A stretch of 64,000 bases of DNA from a virus: IMG/VR virus record IMGVR_UViG_2870579115_000001, positions 17,301 to 81,300 of that record; one strand, 5' to 3'. The translations under genes and the position numbers were made by a program. This document shows, piece after piece, positions 35,356 through 44,751 of the stretch (position 1 is its first letter; every line of letters begins with the position of its first letter). The notes beneath the pieces were generated by a model. That model was not told the origin of the DNA, did no database searches, and saw nothing but the letters and a program-made list of their open reading frames with translations.

Positions 35356-36534
35356 TCAGGCGGCGTGCGTGCCGAACAGGCTCAACTGCTCCTGCGCGGT
35401 CGGCGCCGGCTCCATCGGGCGCACTTCCGTCGGGCGGCTCGCGGACGTCTTGGGCAGTTCGGGCCGCGGGGCCGGACGCCCGACGGCGGCGTAGAGCTCG
35501 GCGACCAGCTCGGGCGCGATGCGGTGCTCGGCAATCTCCTGCTCGGTGGGCACCCAGTCCACAGGCCGCTTGCGGCACAGCCGGTGCGTGATGCCCTGCA
35601 CCTTCGCCCAGACGTTCCACAGCCGCTCGTCCCACGCCTCCCACTCGCGCAGCTCCTCGAGTGCCGCGTACAGCGCGTCGCTCTCGGCCTGGCGCAGCCG
35701 GTCGTCTTCGACCTCGGCGATGGCTTGTCGGTTGGCGAACTCGCCGCCGAGAAGCGGCTGGAGCGGTTCGCGCTCCTCCTTGCGGTCCTTCACGGCTGGT
35801 GTCGGCCTCCACCGCCGCCACAGCAGCAGTGCCGACGCGCCGTCGCGGGTGAGGCTCACGCGCTTGGAGCCGGGGCCGTACGGCTCGTCGACGGCGATGA
35901 ATCCGGCCTTCACCAGCGGGGCGAGACGCTGCTCGTCGACGCGCGTCCCGGCGCGGCCGGGAATCGGGTACTGCCGCAGGACGCCGTCCGCGCGGTACTG
36001 GAGCTGGACCGACCCGGCGGCTGCGACGAGGTCGGCCTGCCGGGCGGACCAGCCGAGGGCGCGCACCTGCTGGGACTGCCAGGCCCGTTCGCGCGCTCCC
36101 CGGAAGAACCCCGCCCCGGGCGAGTCGGGAGCGGGCACGGCCGGAGCCGGGGCCGGCTCGGGCTCCGGCTCCGGCTCGGCCTGGGCGGCGGGCTCCGGCG
36201 TCGTCGACGGCTCGTCACTTCCGGGCGGGGTCTCGCGGACCCGGGAGCCGTAGTTCGCGACGCTCGTCATCGGCCGGTCCCCGCTCGTGTAGCGCACCGA
36301 CACCCGGAACGGGTACGGGCCTTCCTTCGCCAGGCGCTCGATGTCGTCGGCACGGGCGGCAATCGTCTCGTCCGCGTGCCGGGTGAGCGGCAGGACGTAC
36401 GTCCCGATCCGCTCACCGTTGCGGTAGTCGCCGACCACGCGGAAGTCGCAGCCTCGGCCCTGGACCAGGCCGATGTCCCGCAGGATGCGCGCGATGGCCA
36501 CGGTCGGGGTTCTGGGTGGCGTGCTCGTCGTCAT
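35356..36534 (-). CDS. hypothetical protein with EP-repeat linker
   Basis: MTTSTPPRTPTVAIARILRDIGLVQGRGCDFRVVGDYRNGERIGTYVLPL...; AEPEPEPEPAPAPA linker. Confidence 0.6.
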   Translation of the reverse strand: MTTSTPPRTPTVAIARILRDIGLVQGRGCDFRVVGDYRNGERIGTYVLPLTRHADETIAARADDIERLAKEGPYPFRVSVRYTSGDRPMTSVANYGSRVRETPPGSDEPSTTPEPAAQAEPEPEPEPAPAPAVPAPDSPGAGFFRGARERAWQSQQVRALGWSARQADLVAAAGSVQLQYRADGVLRQYPIPGRAGTRVDEQRLAPLVKAGFIAVDEPYGPGSKRVSLTRDGASALLLWRRWRPTPAVKDRKEEREPLQPLLGGEFANRQAIAEVEDDRLRQAESDALYAALEELREWEAWDERLWNVWAKVQGITHRLCRKRPVDWVPTEQEIAEHRIAPELVAELYAAVGRPAPRPELPKTSASRPTEVRPMEPAPTAQEQLSLFGTHAA

Positions 36535-36565
36535 GAGCTGAGGGCTCCTCGTGTCCGTCCGGCCG

Positions 36566-37090
36566 TCAGCGGCCGTCGTGTTCGGCCATCTGCTGAACCA
36601 GCGGCCACGCGGTCAACTGCGCGTTGCTGCGGGCCTTGTCGTACTCGGCCTGCCGGTCGGGGTGCACGTCGCCGTCGACCGCCATGCCGTACGTCGCGGT
36701 CTCGTAGGCGGTGACGATCTCCGCTGCCTGGTCGGCGAGGTCATCGAGCGCCGCCTGCCGTTCGAACTCCGGGCGCAGATCGGTGCGGATGGTGCGGGGA
36801 TCGGGCTTGCCCTCGAAACTCGCGTCGGCCACCACGTACGCGTCGGGCGTGTCGTGCTCCGTCATGAACCAGGCGAGCGCCTTAGCCCAGGCGGCCGACG
36901 TGGTGTGCGCGCTCACCAGGTACGCGTGCGGCTTCGGCTTCTCAGCGTCGTGCCGCTCGGGGCCGGCGATCGAGACGGTGAAGGTCCGTTCGCTCGCCTT
37001 GTAGTCGTAGGGCAGCTCGTAGAGCGGGCCGCCTTGGGCGAGCTCCTGCACGGGCTGGGCAGGCGTGGCGGGTGCGGGTGTGGCGTTCAT
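36566..37090 (-). CDS. hypothetical protein
   Basis: MNATPAPATPAQPVQELAQGGPLYELPYDYKASERTFTVSIAGPERHD... Confidence 0.5.
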   Translation of the reverse strand: MNATPAPATPAQPVQELAQGGPLYELPYDYKASERTFTVSIAGPERHDAEKPKPHAYLVSAHTTSAAWAKALAWFMTEHDTPDAYVVADASFEGKPDPRTIRTDLRPEFERQAALDDLADQAAEIVTAYETATYGMAVDGDVHPDRQAEYDKARSNAQLTAWPLVQQMAEHDGR

Positions 37091-37221
37091 GGCTTGTCCT
37101 CTCGGTGGTTCGGGTGGTGTCCGGACGCTGTCCGGGCAGGTGGCGCGGGGCGTCCGGCCGACTGTCCGGACAGCGCCCGGACACGTCCGGGGACGTGTCC
37201 GGGGGTTGTCCGTGCTGGCGC

Positions 37222-37914
37222 TCAGACCGGCGCCGGGGCGGCGAGCAGGAGCTTGAGGTACGCCGTGAACTCCTCGCGGCGGTGCGCGGTGGCGGCGCGG
37301 CGGGCTTCGTCGCGGTCGCCGCAGTGGCGGGACCACTCGCACTCGCAGATGGCGACGCTGGCCGAGGAGTGGAGCATCCCGGCCCGGCCGCCGGGCCTGT
37401 TCAGTCCGGCGCTGGGCGCGTCGGGGCCGGGCCGGTAGTAGCCCTTGGGCTCGGTGGTGCGGGTGCGGTGGTCGCGGGCGATCAGCGCTAGCCGGGTGAC
37501 GAGGGTCAGGCGGACGTGGTTGTCGTCGCCGGTGTGGACCAGGCCGCGGTCCCGGAGTCTGGCGCTGGCGGCGGGCGTGATGCGCCAGATTCCGCCCTCG
37601 ATGACGCGCCGGTCGGGGTGGTACTGCGCCGGGTTGCGCACCGAGTCGATGAGCAGCAGGTCGTAGCACGTGGCGTCGGTCAGTGCGTCACCGACGGGCT
37701 TGTGCGGCACGAGCTCGATCGAGCGGGGCGCCTCGATGATGGCGGTACCGACACCGAAGCGGCGGGCGGTCCACGAGACGGTGGCGCCGCCGTCGGTGCT
37801 CGCGTCGATGGTGTAGCCGCGGTTCAGGGCACGGCGCAGGATCAGCATGGCGTGCGACTCGCTGGCCTCGCCGGTGGTGGTGCCGCCCGAGTGGGCGATC
37901 GTCTCGCGGAACAT
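37222..37914 (-). CDS. hypothetical protein
   Basis: MFRETIAHSGGTTTGEASESHAMLILRRALNRGYTIDASTDGGATVSWTARRFG... Confidence 0.5.
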   Translation of the reverse strand: MFRETIAHSGGTTTGEASESHAMLILRRALNRGYTIDASTDGGATVSWTARRFGVGTAIIEAPRSIELVPHKPVGDALTDATCYDLLLIDSVRNPAQYHPDRRVIEGGIWRITPAASARLRDRGLVHTGDDNHVRLTLVTRLALIARDHRTRTTEPKGYYRPGPDAPSAGLNRPGGRAGMLHSSASVAICECEWSRHCGDRDEARRAATAHRREEFTAYLKLLLAAPAPV

Positions 37915-37990
37915 GTCGGGTCCTCCCGTCAGGGGTGGCGGGGGCCGCCGGGCGGCGGCCCCCGGAGTGTCCGGACTGTCCGGACACCGG

Positions 37991-38329
37991 TCAGGCGGGT
38001 ACGGCCTTGCGCTCCTCGCGGAGCTCGTCCGCGAGGGAGTTCGCGGCGTCCTGCCGCTGGCGGCTGTTGCTGCTGCGGTGCTCGCGGGCGAGGCCGGCCA
38101 GGCGGTCGGCGAGGGTCGGCGGTGCGTCGTCGCCGGCGACGTCGGCCGGGCCGACGGGCGTGAAGGTCACCGAGTTGTGCCGGTCCGCGACGACCGTGAT
38201 GCCGCCCGCGCGGGTCACCTCCATCCGATATCCGCTGATGCGGGCGAAGCGGAGGTAGGCGGCGGCGTCGGCCTCGGTGGCCGATTGGGGCTGGCGGGTG
38301 CCTCTGTAGGTGATGACTGCGGTGAACAT
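37991..38329 (-). CDS. hypothetical protein
   Basis: MFTAVITYRGTRQPQSATEADAAAYLRFARISGYRMEVTRAGGITVVAD... Confidence 0.5.
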   Translation of the reverse strand: MFTAVITYRGTRQPQSATEADAAAYLRFARISGYRMEVTRAGGITVVADRHNSVTFTPVGPADVAGDDAPPTLADRLAGLAREHRSSNSRQRQDAANSLADELREERKAVPA

Positions 38330-38362
38330 GGCGTCTCCTCGTGGTGGTGTGCGGGTCGGTGG

Positions 38363-39013
38363 TCAGGCGGCGGCGATGAGCTTCCAGGCGCCCGAGGGCG
38401 CCATCTCTTCGGGCACGTCGAGCTCGGCGAGCAGGTGGGTGCCCTCGAAAACCGTCAGGTGGCCGTTGCGCAGCTCGGCGGTGCGCTGGCCGTCGGCCGT
38501 GCGGTAGTTGATCGGGAGGGCGCGGTTCCAGTTCCCGTACTGCCGGACGGTCTCGGCGAGCTCGTCGTGCTCGCCGTGCAGGTCGCACAGCGCTGCGAGC
38601 GCGGCGAGCGCCACGTCCTCGTCGCGGCTGTCGAGGTGGCCGCTCTCGTGCAGGTCGAGCAGGCGGGCGCGGATGGCGCGCTCAGCGGCCAGGTGCGCGA
38701 AGTGCAACGGGTGCAGGTCGTAGTGCGTCACGCGGTAGCCGGTGACCGGCTCGGTGACGTGGTCGACGACTACGGGCGAGATGCCGATACCGGCGGCCCG
38801 GGCCGCGTCGCGGGCGGCCAGCAGGGCAGTGTCCGCCGCTTCGGGCATGTGCGATGCGGGCCGGTCGGCTTCGTCCAGGAGAGCCAGCGAGGCGTCGTGC
38901 AGGTGTCGGGCCATGGTCAGCACGGCGCGGCGCCGGGGGTGGCCGGAGGCGCGGCCCCGGACGATGTTGCCGAGCAGTCGGGCGCGGGTGGCGGCCTTCA
39001 CGTAGGCGTTCAT
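38363..39013 (-). CDS. hypothetical protein
   Basis: MNAYVKAATRARLLGNIVRGRASGHPRRRAVLTMARHLHDASLALLDEADR... Confidence 0.55.
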   Translation of the reverse strand: MNAYVKAATRARLLGNIVRGRASGHPRRRAVLTMARHLHDASLALLDEADRPASHMPEAADTALLAARDAARAAGIGISPVVVDHVTEPVTGYRVTHYDLHPLHFAHLAAERAIRARLLDLHESGHLDSRDEDVALAALAALCDLHGEHDELAETVRQYGNWNRALPINYRTADGQRTAELRNGHLTVFEGTHLLAELDVPEEMAPSGAWKLIAAA

Positions 39014-39035
39014 GGCGGTGTCCTCCGTTGGGTGG

Positions 39036-39383
39036 TCAGGCGGCGGCGACGAGGTGGGCAGCGGCGGCGTGGTAGCAGGCGATCGAGCGCAGGCCGGCCG
39101 GGCAGTTGCACTGTCCGGATGCGGCGGTCCGGTAGACCTCGCTGCCGTCGTCCGAGATCGCGAGGAACACGCGGTTCGCGCGGAGCGGGATGAGGGCTCC
39201 CATCTCCAGCAGCTCGACCGCTTTCGCGACCTGCCACTGGGGGTAGGGCGTCGCGGCGCGGCGGCCCGAGCGGCGCACCTTGCGCCTGCACTTCGGGCCG
39301 TAGCCGTCGGGGGTGGGACGCCGCAGCGGGCGGCGGCACTTGTGGCACCGGACCGGGTTGGTGTTGTCGGCCGGTGCGCTCAT
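39036..39383 (-). CDS. small protein with zinc-binding motifs, SWIM-like C-terminus
   Basis: VRCHKCRRPLRRPTPDGYGPKCRRKV...ASGQCNCPAGLRSIACYHAAAAHLVAAA. Confidence 0.6.
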   Translation of the reverse strand: MSAPADNTNPVRCHKCRRPLRRPTPDGYGPKCRRKVRRSGRRAATPYPQWQVAKAVELLEMGALIPLRANRVFLAISDDGSEVYRTAASGQCNCPAGLRSIACYHAAAAHLVAAA

Positions 39384-39420
39384 GACCTGCCCCTTTCGCC
39401 TTGCTGGGTGGGTTGGTGTG

Positions 39421-39470
39421 ACATTCAAATCCTACCCAAAGGCAACTTTGGAAAATCCAGTTTGGAAACC
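39421..39470 (-). promoter_or_regulatory. conserved element R4 upstream of 39383
   Basis: acattcaaatcctacccaaaggcaactttggaaaatccagtttggaaacc. Confidence 0.65.
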
Positions 39471-39599
39471 AGGAGAGGCAAAGGATCGGCAAACCGGGGA
39501 AGTTGTCCGGACACATGTCCGTGCAGGTCAGCGCACGACAAGGCGCCCTGCCCTCCGCCAGGGAGGACAGGGCGCCAGGGGTATCCGGACGCTGTCCGG

Positions 39600-40094
39600 C
39601 TAGCCGGTCGTCGGCCGCTTGCACCGGTCGTGCCGCTCGCAGTTGCACAGCCCGCAGGCCGCGCACATCTGCCCGGCCTCCAGCCCGCACCTGCCGCAAC
39701 CGCCGGTCGCGTCCAGCTCGGCGTCGTCGAGCGCCGAGGCCAGGTCGACGAGCGCGGCCCGGTCGAAACGGGGCTCGGGCTTGCACGACCCGTCGCACTT
39801 CGACGGCCCGCCGAGCAGGACGGAGTCCTCGCCCTCGTGTCCGTCGCAGGCGTACGCGAACTCGTCGCCGGGACCGACCAGGACCGTCACCGCGTGCGCG
39901 TTCACGGTGCACGTCTCCCCGGCGTCTGCCCGGAAGCATGCGACCTCGACGGCCGCGGCGGTCTGCTTGTCGTCGGCTACGGGCTGCCCCTGCGCGCGGT
40001 GCACGCCGTGGACCAGGTCCCGCAGCTCATCACCGTCGTTGCATCGGAAGTACCGGTCCTCCGTGGCCGGGTGCTGGATCGTCACGTCGTACAT
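39600..40094 (-). CDS. hypothetical Cys-rich protein
   Basis: MYDVTIQHPATEDRYFRCNDGDELRDLVHGVHRAQG...CGRCGLEAGQMCAACGLCNCERHDRCKRP. Confidence 0.55.
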   Translation of the reverse strand: MYDVTIQHPATEDRYFRCNDGDELRDLVHGVHRAQGQPVADDKQTAAAVEVACFRADAGETCTVNAHAVTVLVGPGDEFAYACDGHEGEDSVLLGGPSKCDGSCKPEPRFDRAALVDLASALDDAELDATGGCGRCGLEAGQMCAACGLCNCERHDRCKRPTTG

Positions 40095-40139
40095 GGGTGC
40101 CTCTTCTCAGGTGTCAGGGATGCGGAGGGGACGGGTCGG

Positions 40140-40958
40140 CTACTCGCCGGCCGGGCTGCCGGGGCGGTGCGCGAACACGCACTTCGAGGACTTGAACGCC
40201 GGTTCGGTGCGCCAGCCGCGTTCGGCGAGCCGGGAAGCGACGATGTCGATGCACGGCCCGTGCCAGGGGTCGTCACGGCGCTGGAGCTGGCCGCCTTCGA
40301 GCCAGTAGAAGGCGACGCGGCCGTCACCGCGGGGGTCGGCGACCCATCCGCGTACGTCCCGCTCGTCGTCGGCGGGCTCGCTGATGTCGTGGCGGTCGGT
40401 GAGCTTCGCGGCGAGCAGGCCGTCCAGGGCTTCGTGCGCGGCGACGACGTCGGGATGGGTGCAGTGGCGCGGGGCGCAGCCGCGCGAGGTGCCGTTGTGC
40501 TCGACGATGACGCCCTCGACGGGCTGTCCGGACACGGGGGCAGGCTGTCCGGACGTGTCCAGCACGCTGTCCGCCTGATCGGGGAAGATCCTGCGGAGCA
40601 GCGCTCTCTCGAACGGGAGGGGCTCGGCACCCGGGCCGGCGAACTGGCCGGGCTGGCGCTCTCCGGACTGGAACTCTTCCGCGAAGCGTCGGGCTTCGCC
40701 CGCGTGCAGCGCCTCGGAGTAGACCGGGTCATGGATGGCGAGGTAATCGAGGGCGGCGCTCAACGAGTCGAGGGCCGCGCACCATTCGGGGTCGGTCGGG
40801 TCGGGGTCGGTGCGCACGCGGGTGGCCGCATCGTTGGCCTGGACGCGCATCAGGCTGATGCCCAGCACGGTCGCCATCAGGTCGGCGGACGCGCGCTGTT
40901 CTGCGCTCCGGCCGCTACCGGCCCGGGAGAGTCCGCCCTGCATGGGGTCGTCGGTCAT
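40140..40958 (-). CDS. hypothetical protein
   Basis: MTDDPMQGGLSRAGSGRSAEQRASADLMATVLGISLMRVQAND... Confidence 0.5.
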   Translation of the reverse strand: MTDDPMQGGLSRAGSGRSAEQRASADLMATVLGISLMRVQANDAATRVRTDPDPTDPEWCAALDSLSAALDYLAIHDPVYSEALHAGEARRFAEEFQSGERQPGQFAGPGAEPLPFERALLRRIFPDQADSVLDTSGQPAPVSGQPVEGVIVEHNGTSRGCAPRHCTHPDVVAAHEALDGLLAAKLTDRHDISEPADDERDVRGWVADPRGDGRVAFYWLEGGQLQRRDDPWHGPCIDIVASRLAERGWRTEPAFKSSKCVFAHRPGSPAGE

Positions 40959-40994
40959 GGCTCGTTCCTTCGGTGGTGGGTGTGAGGTAGTGAT

Positions 40995-41040
40995 CCACAT
41001 CCTACCCAAAGTTATCTTTGGAAAACCGAGTTTGGGAGAT
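40995..41040. promoter_or_regulatory. conserved element R5 in the divergent region between 40958(-) and 41101(+)
   Basis: ccacatcctacccaaagttatctttggaaaaccgagtttgggagat. Confidence 0.65.
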
Positions 41041-41100
41041 TTCCAAAGGTCAGATTGGCCACACTCGTTTGCCAAAACCGGCTTGTGGAATACTCGCCGC

Positions 41101-41373
41101 ATGACCGCCGCAAAGAAGACCGACGCCGCGACGTACGAGCCGAGCGCGGAACTCGTCAACGCCGAGAAGGCCATGAACGATGCGTGGGAGGCGTACGAGG
41201 AGAAGCGGCACGCGTACCGGAAGACCATCGCCGACGAGCTCAAGGCGTCGGGGCTCTCCCAGGGGCAGATGGCCCAGCACGTTCCCTACACCGAGCAGAC
41301 GGTCCGCACTATCGCGATCGAGTACGGCGTCCCGCCCAAGCGAAAGCCGACGGTCCGCTCCATCAAGGACTGA
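41101..41373 (+). CDS. small HTH protein, candidate regulator
   Basis: MTAAKKTDAATYEPSAELVNAEKAMNDAWEAYEEKRHAYRKTIADELKASGLSQGQMAQHVPYTEQTVRTIAIEYGVPPKRKPTVRSIKD. Confidence 0.65.
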   Translation: MTAAKKTDAATYEPSAELVNAEKAMNDAWEAYEEKRHAYRKTIADELKASGLSQGQMAQHVPYTEQTVRTIAIEYGVPPKRKPTVRSIKD

Positions 41374-41458
41374 CCCGCTCTTCACGCACGAGGGCCGCAC
41401 ACCACGGGGTGTGCGGCCCTCAGTGTGGTCCCGGCCCGACGGGGAACCGGACCGGCAC

Positions 41459-41701
41459 TCAGGCGAAGCGGATCAGCACTGCGATCACGAGTCCCACGAT
41501 CATGAGCGTGCCCACGATCTGCTGCTCGCGCGGTAGGGCGAAGAAGCTGTTCCGCTCCGGCTCGACCACGCGCTCACCGTCCGGCACGTGACCGCCGTGG
41601 AACTGCGAGCGGTGCGTGTGCTTCTCGATGGCGAGCGCGCTACGGGTGAGCACCGGGGGTGACGTCGTCCGGCACTGCTCGCACCGGTACCTCTTCCTCA
41701 T
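41459..41701 (-). CDS. small membrane-anchored protein with CxxC
   Basis: MRKRYRCEQCRTTSPPVLTRSALAIEKHTH...IVGTLMIVGLVIAVLIRFA. Confidence 0.5.
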   Translation of the reverse strand: MRKRYRCEQCRTTSPPVLTRSALAIEKHTHRSQFHGGHVPDGERVVEPERNSFFALPREQQIVGTLMIVGLVIAVLIRFA

Positions 41702-41724
41702 TGCCGCCCCCTTAGCCATTCCGA

Positions 41725-42918
41725 TCACTTCCTATGATGCTGGACTTTCCACGCGGACGGACCCCCTTCGGGGTCTTGAACAATGCTGTATCCGCTCTCC
41801 GTTGACTCTCCGCCCGGCTCTCCGCCGCTCTCCGCTTCCGGAGAGTTCGCAGGTCGGGGCCGCTCTCCGGGGGTGGAGAGCGGCGCGGAGAGCGCCCCGG
41901 GGCCACTCTCGGGGGAGGGCAGCGGCGGAAGCTGTGTGCGGTGCACTCCGGCCCGCCCCGCGACCCCCCTCGCGCGGAACTTCCGGGAGGGGTCGTACCC
42001 GGCCCGGGTGAGGGCCTGGCGCAGCTCCTCATCAGTGGCCGAGGAGAGGCCGGGAAGGTGCTCCCGCATGGCCGGCCGGAGGTCGACCAGGTGCACCCCG
42101 TTCTCCTCCCCGATCTCTTCCCGCAGGAGGGCCGTCAGCGGGGGCTCGGAGGGGGCGGCAGGGGCGTCCTCCCCCGTCTCCCCCGTCTCGTCGTCGGCGG
42201 TGTCCTTCGCGGCCTTGCGGAAGCGGCTGAACAGCCCCCTGCGCTTCTTCGTCGCCTGCTGCTCGCGCGGCTCGTCCTGCGGCGCCTCTTCGTCCTTCTC
42301 CTGCTGCTCCTCCCCCGCCTTCTCCTGCTGCTCCTCCCCCGTCTTCTTCGACTTGGAGCCGGGGACCGCGATGCGCCCCTCCCCCGCCAGCGCGACGGCA
42401 AGGAACAGCGTCCCGCCGACGGCCCACGGCGCGATCTCGGCGTACTTCATGGACAGGCGCACCACGGCGTAGACGACGAATCCGGCACCGGCGAAGCGGG
42501 CGGCGACGCTGCCGTGCTTGCCGATGCTGCCGGACAGCCACCCGGCGACGATCGTGGCGAGTACGGCCAGGCCCCGGCCGATAACGCACAGGAAGCGGCC
42601 CGCGCTGCACAGGGCATCGCCGAGGCCGCGCAGGACGGCGCGCAGACCGCGCAGCAGTGCGGGACCGTTGTGGCGCCCGACTTCGACAGCGAACGGGCCG
42701 AGCTCGGCGAGCGCCCGCACGTCGACGTACGGGCGGAGGTCGGGCACCGCCAGGGCTCTGCGGCGCTCCGGCTCCTCCCCTGCCGTCTCCTCGTCGGCCT
42801 GGTCCTCGTCGTCGACGAGGGCGGCCGGTGCCGCGGGGGCGGGCAGGGGCACCGTCGGCTCGTCGAGCGGCCCGTCCTCGTCAGGGTCGGGGACGGCGTG
42901 CAGGTGGGCGGCGCTCAT
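41725..42918 (-). CDS. membrane protein of Streptomyces conjugative-element type
   Basis: MSAAHLHAVPDPDEDGPLDEPTVPLPAP...GRGLAVLATIVAGWLSGSIGKHG...; transmembrane segments then highly charged C-terminus. Confidence 0.6.
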   Translation of the reverse strand: MSAAHLHAVPDPDEDGPLDEPTVPLPAPAAPAALVDDEDQADEETAGEEPERRRALAVPDLRPYVDVRALAELGPFAVEVGRHNGPALLRGLRAVLRGLGDALCSAGRFLCVIGRGLAVLATIVAGWLSGSIGKHGSVAARFAGAGFVVYAVVRLSMKYAEIAPWAVGGTLFLAVALAGEGRIAVPGSKSKKTGEEQQEKAGEEQQEKDEEAPQDEPREQQATKKRRGLFSRFRKAAKDTADDETGETGEDAPAAPSEPPLTALLREEIGEENGVHLVDLRPAMREHLPGLSSATDEELRQALTRAGYDPSRKFRARGVAGRAGVHRTQLPPLPSPESGPGALSAPLSTPGERPRPANSPEAESGGEPGGESTESGYSIVQDPEGGPSAWKVQHHRK

Positions 42919-43319
42919 GACGCGACTCTCGTCGCGACGAGCTGGATCCAGTCCGCGACGATGCCCCACGCGCCGTCAGCGCCGGAGGCGACGTACCAGA
43001 ACGCGATGCCGATCATGGCGACCTGCCTGGTCGACAACTTCGCCCACAGGATGACGATGAGGAGAGTCAGGGCCATGCCCGGCATGCTGTAGCGGGGCAG
43101 GACTTCGCCGGTCAGGCTGATCGCGTCGTTGACGAGACTGGATACCAGGTCGAAAGGTTGTCCCGCTGCCTTGTACGCGGCTCCGGCGATCATCGAGAGG
43201 ACGAGGGTCGCGCCCCAGCCGAGGGGCTTGACCTTGCCGCCGCTCTTGGTGCCGAGGATCAGCAGGAAGGTCAGGGCGACGGCGAGGCCGACGGTGCCGA
43301 GACTGCCGAGGATGGTCAT
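42915..43319 (-). CDS. small membrane protein (SpdA/SpdD-neighbour type)
   Basis: MTILGSLGTVGLAVALTFLLILGTKSGGKVKPLGWGATLVLSMIAGAAYKAAG... Confidence 0.6.
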   Translation of the reverse strand: MTILGSLGTVGLAVALTFLLILGTKSGGKVKPLGWGATLVLSMIAGAAYKAAGQPFDLVSSLVNDAISLTGEVLPRYSMPGMALTLLIVILWAKLSTRQVAMIGIAFWYVASGADGAWGIVADWIQLVATRVAS

Positions 43320-43358
43320 GCGTGGTGTCCGTTTCGGGTGGCCGCCGCGCGGGCGGGG

Positions 43359-44090
43359 TCAGGCGGGCAGGTCGGTGGAGCCGTACAGCAGCACGCCGAT
43401 GACCATCGAGATCAGCGGTATGCGGGCGGCGATGGCGAAGAGGGGGAACCAGTTGCGGGTGCGGCTGTCCCAGGCGCAGATGCCGACGGCGATGCCGTAC
43501 CAGAGCAGGACGTGCGGGTCCGTCCACGAGCCGTAGGTGTGCACGAGATGCGCGGTCTCGGCGGTGAAGAACTGCGGGGCGCCGATGCTGAATCCCACGG
43601 CCACGGCGACGCCGTTGTAGAGGAGCCAGCGGTTGCGGCCGGGCATGCCCAACCACCAGTCGATGAGCCCCTGCTTCGGGGCCGGCCTCCGGTCGTAGTA
43701 CGTGGGGCGCCGGTAGGCAGCGGAGCCGCGGGGCCGCCAGCGGCGGCGGGGCTCGTCTTCCTCGTCGTTCTCGTCCTCGTCCTTCTCGTCCTCGTCGTCG
43801 GCGACGTCCTCCTCGTCGACGTCGGCGACGAGCTCCTGGTCGTCGTCCTCGTCGGCCTTGGTGAGCACAGCGGGCGTCTCCGCCTCGCCGCGCTCGAGGT
43901 CGTCCAGGCCGGGCTTATCTATCCGCCACCAGTCGGGCAGGCGTGACGTACCGGCCATCGGCTGACGCGGCGCCGTATCCGGACTGTCCGGCGACGTGTC
44001 CGGGGCGCTGTCCGCAGTGTCCGGACTGTCCGGGCCGGTGTCCGGATCGGTGGTGAGGCGCTGGAGCAGCGAGCGCGGGCGGAGGTCCAC
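43359..44090 (-). CDS. membrane protein
   Basis: Multiple hydrophobic segments: ...LLYNGVAVAVGFSIGAPQFF...VLLWYGIAVGICAW...IPLISMVIGVLLYGS. Confidence 0.6.
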   Translation of the reverse strand: MDLRPRSLLQRLTTDPDTGPDSPDTADSAPDTSPDSPDTAPRQPMAGTSRLPDWWRIDKPGLDDLERGEAETPAVLTKADEDDDQELVADVDEEDVADDEDEKDEDENDEEDEPRRRWRPRGSAAYRRPTYYDRRPAPKQGLIDWWLGMPGRNRWLLYNGVAVAVGFSIGAPQFFTAETAHLVHTYGSWTDPHVLLWYGIAVGICAWDSRTRNWFPLFAIAARIPLISMVIGVLLYGSTDLPA

Positions 44091-44091
44091 G

Positions 44092-44751
44092 TCAGTTCCT
44101 TCCGTGCGGCTTGAGGAGACGGGAGGCGCGCGTCCCGGTGCCCGGGCCGAGGCCGGTGTGCTGCGTGGCGATGTCGCGCACGACGGTGAGCGCGCGGTCG
44201 GCGGGCACGATGCGGATGCAGCCGAAGCGGGCCTCTCCCCCGTCGACCGGTGCGCCGTCCATGACGACGAGCGGGATGACCGGGCCGCCGAGGAGGTTGG
44301 CGACGGTGCGTGCCTCGTGGCGCGTGCCGTTCAGCCGGTCGGTGACGTCAAAGTCGCCGTGCAGCACCCGGTTTCCGGAGACGCGGACGCCGAAGCGCGC
44401 GGTCCAGCGTTTGGTGTCGACGAGGACGACGACGCCGCGCGTGCTGATCGCCAAATGGTCGATGTTGGCGCTGCCGGTCGGCAGGCCGAGGTCGTGGAGG
44501 ACGGTCCAGCCTTCGGCGCGGAGTTGGTCGAGGAGCGCGCCGATGCGCCGCTCCCCCGCCGCGCCCGCGTCGTAGCGGCGGGCCTGCCGTCCGGCGACGG
44601 TCCGCACGCCGGCGAGCTCGGCGAGCAGGACCAGCGGTGTGCGGAGCTGGCGGGCGCGGGCGGCGGCCGACGCCCCGGCCTGGCCGGGGCGTCGACGCCT
44701 GCGCAGCCACCACACGAAGGCGGCTGCGGCAAGCACCAAGCTGAGCGTCAC
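44092..44751 (-). CDS. NERD domain-containing membrane-anchored protein
   Basis: N-terminal TM (MTLSLVLAAAAFVWWLRRR) then GERRIGALLDQLRAEGWTVLHDLGLPTGSANIDHLAISTRGVVVLVDTKRW. Confidence 0.8.
   Translation of the reverse strand: MTLSLVLAAAAFVWWLRRRRRPGQAGASAAARARQLRTPLVLLAELAGVRTVAGRQARRYDAGAAGERRIGALLDQLRAEGWTVLHDLGLPTGSANIDHLAISTRGVVVLVDTKRWTARFGVRVSGNRVLHGDFDVTDRLNGTRHEARTVANLLGGPVIPLVVMDGAPVDGGEARFGCIRIVPADRALTVVRDIATQHTGLGPGTGTRASRLLKPHGRN

Noticed and set aside
35900-36200. EP/AP repeat tract (aepepepepapap) as a regulatory repeat
   Set aside because: Common Glu/Pro/Ala low-complexity linker of high-GC actinobacterial proteins; similar tracts occur in the capsid and 50168..50788 genes.
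41725-42918. Call as TraB/FtsK DNA translocase
   Set aside because: No Walker A/B or FtsK motor signature; only TM segments and a charged, low-complexity C-terminus.
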